From an uncultured Pseudomonadales bacterium (GTDB lineage: Bacteria; Patescibacteriota; Microgenomatia; UBA1400; MFAQ01): 64,000 nt of DNA. The notes beneath the pieces were generated by a model. That model saw only the letters and a program-made list of their open reading frames with translations. It did no database searches and was not told the DNA's origin. Where the stretch lies: contig CAZARR010000005.1 of NCBI GenBank assembly GCA_964487665.1, forward strand, positions 100-64,099, given 5' to 3'. Of this stretch, positions 59,311 through 64,000 are shown piece by piece (positions within the stretch are counted from its first letter, which is position 1; each line of letters opens with the position of its first letter). The position numbers were made by a program, and so were the translations under genes.

Positions 59311-60418
59311 TGTTCAATATCATCTGGTAATAATGCTTAATTTTTGAATAAGCATCATTTAGTGTGTTTCCAATTCCAAGTTCTCCATGAAACCTAAGTA
59401 TCATAAATCCATTGTTCTTTTGCAGATGAGGAACAGTTGGAATAATTGCATCAAAACTCCCATATCGGACATACTCAGGTGTTTTATATTCTTCAAGTGC
59501 GTCGGAATAAGTCATGGGACCGCAATGTGAATGGGCTATGGCATTTGTTCCAGTAGTTTGATAATAGACAATGTGCATTGGCGTATCACATGAAGGCATT
59601 TTTTCACCACACCAAGCGACTTTATCTTTAGTTTTTAGATTGATAAGAGTTAAATCTTGAAGAGCAAGGTTTCCCAATCTGCTTCCTGTGCTCGTGATTA
59701 GAGCCCAGTTATCGTCTACTCTAATACTGTAATTGCCATTGGTCGAAAAATTGGTTCTATCTTTTTCTTGTGTTTCTCCTAGTGTTCTAAAAACTTCATA
59801 ATATTTCTTCCTGGAATTATTTAAGAGTTCAAGTGTTTGTGGGTCTGACATCTGTTCCGAATCAAAAATGATTTTTGACTCTTCTATATAAAGTCTATCC
59901 AGAGCCCTCCTGTAATCCATCATGGAAACTTTTTCTTTGGTTATATTGGGCCAAATAATGATCACGCCCCAACTTTCTAATTTCTTAAGTGACTCCATAG
60001 TTTGAGGATGATTCCACATATCTTTGTTAAATGCTGGTATAACCAAGACTCTTTTTTTCTTGCCGATAGCGGTTGCTACTAAAGTGGTTGGATAGTTATC
60101 TGCAATACCAAGAGCGATTTTGTTAAACGTGTTAAACGTGCACGGAGCAACAATTACGATATCTTCTTCGGGAATGGACCTTCTTGGACCATGCCAATTA
60201 AAATCCTCATGGATATTATCCGAGAATTTTTTAAGCGGTTCGATAATATTTAAGGCTTTCTCGGTTGGGAATAGGTGGACGTTGCATCCCTGGCCAATCA
60301 GTTCATCCGCCATTTCTGCAATTTTTTCTATCTTTCCGGCAGCTGTGACAACCAAATATACAGTCTTCCCGGAGATTGTTTGTCTTGGAATTTTTATCAG
60401 ATGCTCATTCATTTCCAA
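59297..60418 (-). CDS. HFCD-type flavoprotein fused to a class II aldolase/adducin domain
   Basis: N-terminal VAPCTFNTFNKIALGIADN and PAFN..MW.HP; C-terminal GNYSIR, PSCDTPMH, HSH, HG. Confidence 0.8.
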   Translation of the reverse strand: MEMNEHLIKIPRQTISGKTVYLVVTAAGKIEKIAEMADELIGQGCNVHLFPTEKALNIIEPLKKFSDNIHEDFNWHGPRRSIPEEDIVIVAPCTFNTFNKIALGIADNYPTTLVATAIGKKKRVLVIPAFNKDMWNHPQTMESLKKLESWGVIIIWPNITKEKVSMMDYRRALDRLYIEESKIIFDSEQMSDPQTLELLNNSRKKYYEVFRTLGETQEKDRTNFSTNGNYSIRVDDNWALITSTGSRLGNLALQDLTLINLKTKDKVAWCGEKMPSCDTPMHIVYYQTTGTNAIAHSHCGPMTYSDALEEYKTPEYVRYGSFDAIIPTVPHLQKNNGFMILRFHGELGIGNTLNDAYSKIKHYYQMILNNEKA

Positions 60419-60951
60419 AGTTTTCTGGCTTTTAATATTTCGTATGACAAAATTGGAATAACTGTTGGTGTCGTCATAAAAGGTAAAGCACAGGGAATGG
60501 TGATTTTTTCATCCATCAGTGCCAGCTGATCTTTGGAGAGGCCATTGGCTCCGCCGATCATAATTACATCATTGTCCAGCCATTCAAAATCTAAAGCATT
60601 ATCTCCTCCATTGGGGACTGTGGCTACAAGACGGAACCCCTGTCTTTTTAATTCTTCAAGTGAATTCTCTCGCCTCGGAATGGCATCTACATCATTTTTA
60701 GTTAAGTTCCAGGATTCCACCTTGGAAGCTACTTTAGGGTGAGAAAAGTCAAGAGTTACCCCAATCATTTCAAAACCAACGTGCGGCACACCAACTTTTG
60801 TTGCCAAAGAAACTTGAGCCGCCTGAGCAATATCAAAAGGTTTATCTAGGTTCACCAGGGCAAACCGGACTGGCGGAACGACACATCGTTTCTCCCACTC
60901 ACTCCAGGAGCTTAGAGAATTTTCTAAGCCGTATTCTTGGTTTATTTCCAT
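60409..60951 (-). CDS. Divergent SPOUT (TrmH/TrmL-like) methyltransferase
   Basis: LVAT, VIMIGGANGLS..DEKITIP...YE knot motifs. Confidence 0.7.
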   Translation of the reverse strand: MEINQEYGLENSLSSWSEWEKRCVVPPVRFALVNLDKPFDIAQAAQVSLATKVGVPHVGFEMIGVTLDFSHPKVASKVESWNLTKNDVDAIPRRENSLEELKRQGFRLVATVPNGGDNALDFEWLDNDVIMIGGANGLSKDQLALMDEKITIPCALPFMTTPTVIPILSYEILKARKLWK

Positions 60952-61001
60952 GTTGTTAATTTTAGCACAGATTTGATAGATATTCAGCTTATAGGCTGTT
61001 A

Positions 61002-61259
61002 ATTTTTGCGTTTTCTGGTCGAGCCAACTCTTTGAGTGCGAACCGCGAGGCGTGCGCGAGTGGGGGCGCGCACGCGGAGCGGTGAGCTCCGCTGTTAATA
61101 ATTCTGTCGGAAATAGGTTAGAATTTCTCTAAAGAAGACCACAATAATAGAGGTTCGCCCTGCTGGGGCGGCAGTCGCCCGCGCGAGAGCGGCCGCGCGG
61201 AGCGATACAAACGGCTTTTTGTATTCGGGTCTAAAAAGATAGACAGAAAACGCAAAAAT
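61002..61259. repeat. 16-bp perfect inverted repeat enclosing an inverted attP-like copy
   Basis: ATTTTTGCGTTTTCTG (61002-17) and CAGAAAACGCAAAAAT (61244-59). Confidence 0.9.
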
Positions 61260-62309
61260 ATAAATAGGTAAAACCTGTTTCTCTTCAGTTTCGGGAAATA
61301 TATGGTTAAATGGTAATTAAGGTGAAATATATTGCCTACTGCCGGAAGAGTACTGATGAGAAAGACAAACAGGTTTTGAGTATTGAGTCGCAGATCGCGG
61401 AGTTAGAGGAGTTTGCCGGAAAGGAGAAACTGGAAGTTGTTTCCTGGATTGTAGAGAGCAAGACGGCCAGGGTTCCGGGGAGACCCAAGTTTGAGGAAGC
61501 TTTGAGATTGGTTGAATCCGGGAAAGCCGATGGACTTTTCGCCTGGCATCCAGACCGTCTTGCCAGAAATTCGGTAGATGGCGGTAGAATCATTTACTTA
61601 CTGGATACCGGCAAACTCCTTAATCTTAAATTCCCGACGTTCTGGTTTGAGAACACGCCCCAAGGCAAGTTTATGCTGAATATTGCCTTCGGCCAATCTA
61701 AGTATTACGTAGATAACCTAAGTGAGAATGTCAGCCGTGGATTAAGACAGAAGATTAGAAATGGAATCTGGCCAAGCAAAGCCCCTCACGGCTACTTTAA
61801 CTGTCCTCAAACCAGGACGATCAAGGTGGACAAGAAAAAATCAATAGTGGTCAAACAAGCTTTTGAATTGTTCGCGACAGGGAAATACAGTTACCACGAA
61901 ATTGGTAAGTTTCTCGCCTCTCACGGAATTCACGGCAGATCTCGGGAAGTATTACATCAGTCTGTGGTTAAAACCATGCTCACCAATCCCTTTTACATCG
62001 GTATCCTCGTCTATTCTGGCGAGAAATACAAAGGCAGTCACCAACAATTCATTGGGAGAGACTTGTTTGACCAAGTTCAAGAGCAGGTCAAGTATAAAAG
62101 TAAACCCCGGAAACATGGTCACAACTTTGCCTTTACTGGTTTAATTAAATGCCGTGAATGCGGAGGGGCAATTACGGCCGAGGAACACATCAAGCACTAT
62201 CCTACGACCCGTGGTGAGGTCAGATATGTTTACTACCGCTGTTCCAAGAAAATGGGTGTGAGATGTTCTCAGCCATATCTTGCCGAAGATAAATTGGTAA
62301 AGCAAATCT

Positions 62310-63440
62310 GGCTTAATTTAAGTTATGTGTTGGTAATTTAGCCGTTTGGCGGGTAAAAACGAGTTAAGTACAGGTACCAGGAAATAAGATTCTCTTTGCT
62401 TGTTTGGGTCATGCCACGGTGGATCAATATTTTGTTGTCAAGCTGGGAGTAGGAGCCTTCGGAGCTGTTGTTGTCTTTGGGGAGATTGGGGTAGCGAAAG
62501 TAGGTAAACATGTGAGGGAGCGCTTGATAGAGATGCTGGTAGCTTTGACGCAAGTACGGGTGGGTGTACCACCACTTAGGAGTCTTTCGCTCAGGATCGT
62601 CATTGAACGTTTTTGTTGTAAAGAATTGGTAATGCCGTTTGTAGAGACGGATAAACCAGCGGATGAAGATTTTGGCTTCGTAAGTGGTAGTGATTTTGTT
62701 GATATGGGAGGCAAGGAGTAGTAGGTCTTTTCCCGCCTCTGTTTGGGGGTGTTGGGTTAAGAGAGTTTGGATTCTGGTTTGGATATGGACGAGACAACGC
62801 TGCACGGGGACAGATAAGCTGCTGCAGGCAGAAAACATGGCTTTCTTGCCGTCAAAGATGGCTACCTTGAGTGGGTATCCTGCCTCAACCAAATACTCAA
62901 TATCAGCCTTAATCACGGCGAGGTATTCCCCACCCGCTAGAGACCAATAAATGAGCCCTAACTTGGTATCGCGATAGGTAATGAGACAGCGGTCACCAAA
63001 CCAGTCAGCATCGATTAAAAGGTAACCAGTACAATCGCTCCAACTGGCAGTAGTTTTGAGCTTAACAAAGTAGGTTTGAGAGGTGGGAGGTGAAGCCAAA
63101 TATTGCTGGAATCTAATACTTAACGAGGGGACTGATAGGCCAGAGAGCTCACTTAAGTAGGCTAGGGTTGACGTATGTCGCACCCACTGGCAAAATAAAC
63201 GGAATAGCTTGCGACTGGAGACTCTTTCTTTATTGCCCAAACTGAAACAGGAGTGGCAATTAGAGCAATAAAATCGACACTTCCCCTTACTAGTTTTTCC
63301 CCACTTTATAGCTGGGTTTTGACACTGTGGGCAGTGGTGAAAACGCTTGTTTTTTTCATGGGTAGATATTTTAGACGCATATTAGTGCGATAACAAGGAA
63401 AAAACAACCATTTTCACCAACACTTAAGTTAAATTAAACC
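62310..63440 (-). mobile_element. IS256-family insertion sequence, 1131 bp
   Basis: 8-bp TSD GCAAATCT (62302-09, 63441-48); 25-bp TIRs with 22/25 match. Confidence 0.92.
62338..63359 (-). CDS. IS256-like DDE transposase with N-terminal zinc ribbon (start out of frame at A7)
   Basis: IDA, FDG, QRCLVH, NNSSEG; CPQC...CSNC in frame upstream of 63240, but the ATG at 63359 needs a -1 shift. Confidence 0.8.
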
Positions 63441-63872
63441 GCAAATCTCCGCTTGTATATCAGATATTGCCCTTCCGCACTCCTGGGCGAAGAGATGGTT
63501 TACCTGGGCTGAAGAAGAGGTAGAAAAAGACCGGCAAAGTTGTGACAAGATAACAATTCAGGTCAGGGGTGAATTAAAACAGATCGAGGAGAAAACCGAC
63601 AGACTGCTTGACCTGTATCTTGAACAGAATTTAGCTGAAGAAATCTACAAGAAGAAGCAAAACCAACTATTTGAGGAGAAGACAAAACTCATGGCTCAAA
63701 TTGAAAAGAGTAAAGGAGGAGGTTCGATCTGGCTCGAACCAATGAAAGAATTTATAGATTGCGCCCTGCAGGCGCAAAAAATCGCGCGCAAAGAATATAC
63801 AAATGGCAAAATCTGCGATTTTGCCAAAAGAGTTGGCTCGACCTATCTTTTAGACAGGGGAAAAATTAGAGT

Positions 63873-63961
63873 CGAATACAAAAAGCCGTTTGTATCGCTC
63901 CGCGCGGCCGCTCTCGCGCGGGCGACTGCCGCCCCAGCAGGGCGAACCTCTATTATTGTGG
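63873..63961. repeat. 89-bp inverted repeat, right element end (partner 61139-61227)
   Basis: Aligned by eye, 89/89 identical. Confidence 0.95.
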
Positions 63962-64000
63962 ACGATGCTGGAGTCGAACCAGCGACCTCTGCAATGTCAA
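63959..64000 (-). tRNA. tRNA-Val(GAC), 3' half (5' part outside the window)
   Basis: TT-GAC-AT loop, TGCAG, AGGTC, GCTGG-TTCGACT-CCAGC, ATCGTCC-A. Confidence 0.92.

Larger units (their letters stand above)
56495..63961. mobile_element. Serine-recombinase integrative element at the tRNA-Val 3' end
   Basis: GTGG core at both ends (56495-98, 63958-61); recombinase runs into the tRNA; AT-rich cargo; internal copy of the joined ends. Confidence 0.85.
61310..64000 (+). pseudogene. Large serine recombinase interrupted by an IS (61310-62309 plus 63449 onward)
   Basis: YCRKS, DRLAR, recombinase domain, CRECG..YYRC..C zinc ribbon; the frame resumes after the TSD with coiled coil and WLEP and stays open to the window end. 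Confidence 0.92.

Noticed and set aside
56495-61142. Cargo as a simple transposon with 108-bp TIRs
   Set aside because: No TSD seen, and the repeat ends exactly at the att core shared with the second repeat and the tRNA
56495-61259. CRISPR array, DGR or retron explanation for the repeats
   Set aside because: No periodic repeat-spacer pattern, no cas or reverse transcriptase gene in the window, and no adenine-specific mismatches between copies
62310-62341. Recombinase ending ...WLNLSYVLVI* at 62341 as a complete gene
   Set aside because: That tail is IS terminal repeat sequence; the real frame resumes at 63449

Overview
Chromosomal segment of a reduced-genome bacterium, most likely CPR/Patescibacteria (Microgenomates-like). 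This is inferred from truncated ThrRS, PheT, RF1, HolB and YebC, a complete type IV pilus locus with many GspG-like pilins, no Shine-Dalgarno motifs, and TAnnnT boxes 6-8 nt before start codons. Bases 1-56.4 kb are mostly housekeeping: ung, ychF-rpsF-ssb-rpsR, ctpA, htrA, prfA, rpmE, hisS, dnaB, tRNA-Leu, efp, xer, gyrB-ppa-gyrA, the pil cluster, rpsP, rnc, nusB, rpmF, recG, a class A PBP, pheST, rplT-rpmI-infC and thrS. Two highlights were read directly from the sequence. (1) Compact, non-canonical T-box-like leaders. One has a His signature (CAC specifier plus UGGG bulge) and precedes an uncharacterised ATP-grasp ligase / HAD / hisS / DMT gene string. One has a Thr signature (ACC plus UGGA) and precedes thrS. 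A possible vestigial one precedes pheS. (2) A 7.5-kb element integrated at the 3' end of tRNA-Val(GAC) (56495-63961). Its att core lies inside the 3' end of its own large serine recombinase gene, which is now broken by an IS256-family element. It carries a five-gene enzyme cassette (SPOUT, flavoprotein-aldolase fusion, two methyltransferases, zeta-like kinase). It also contains an inverted, circularly permuted internal copy of its own attP junction inside a 16-bp palindrome just upstream of the recombinase. All structures were paired by eye; no database searches or folding programs were run.
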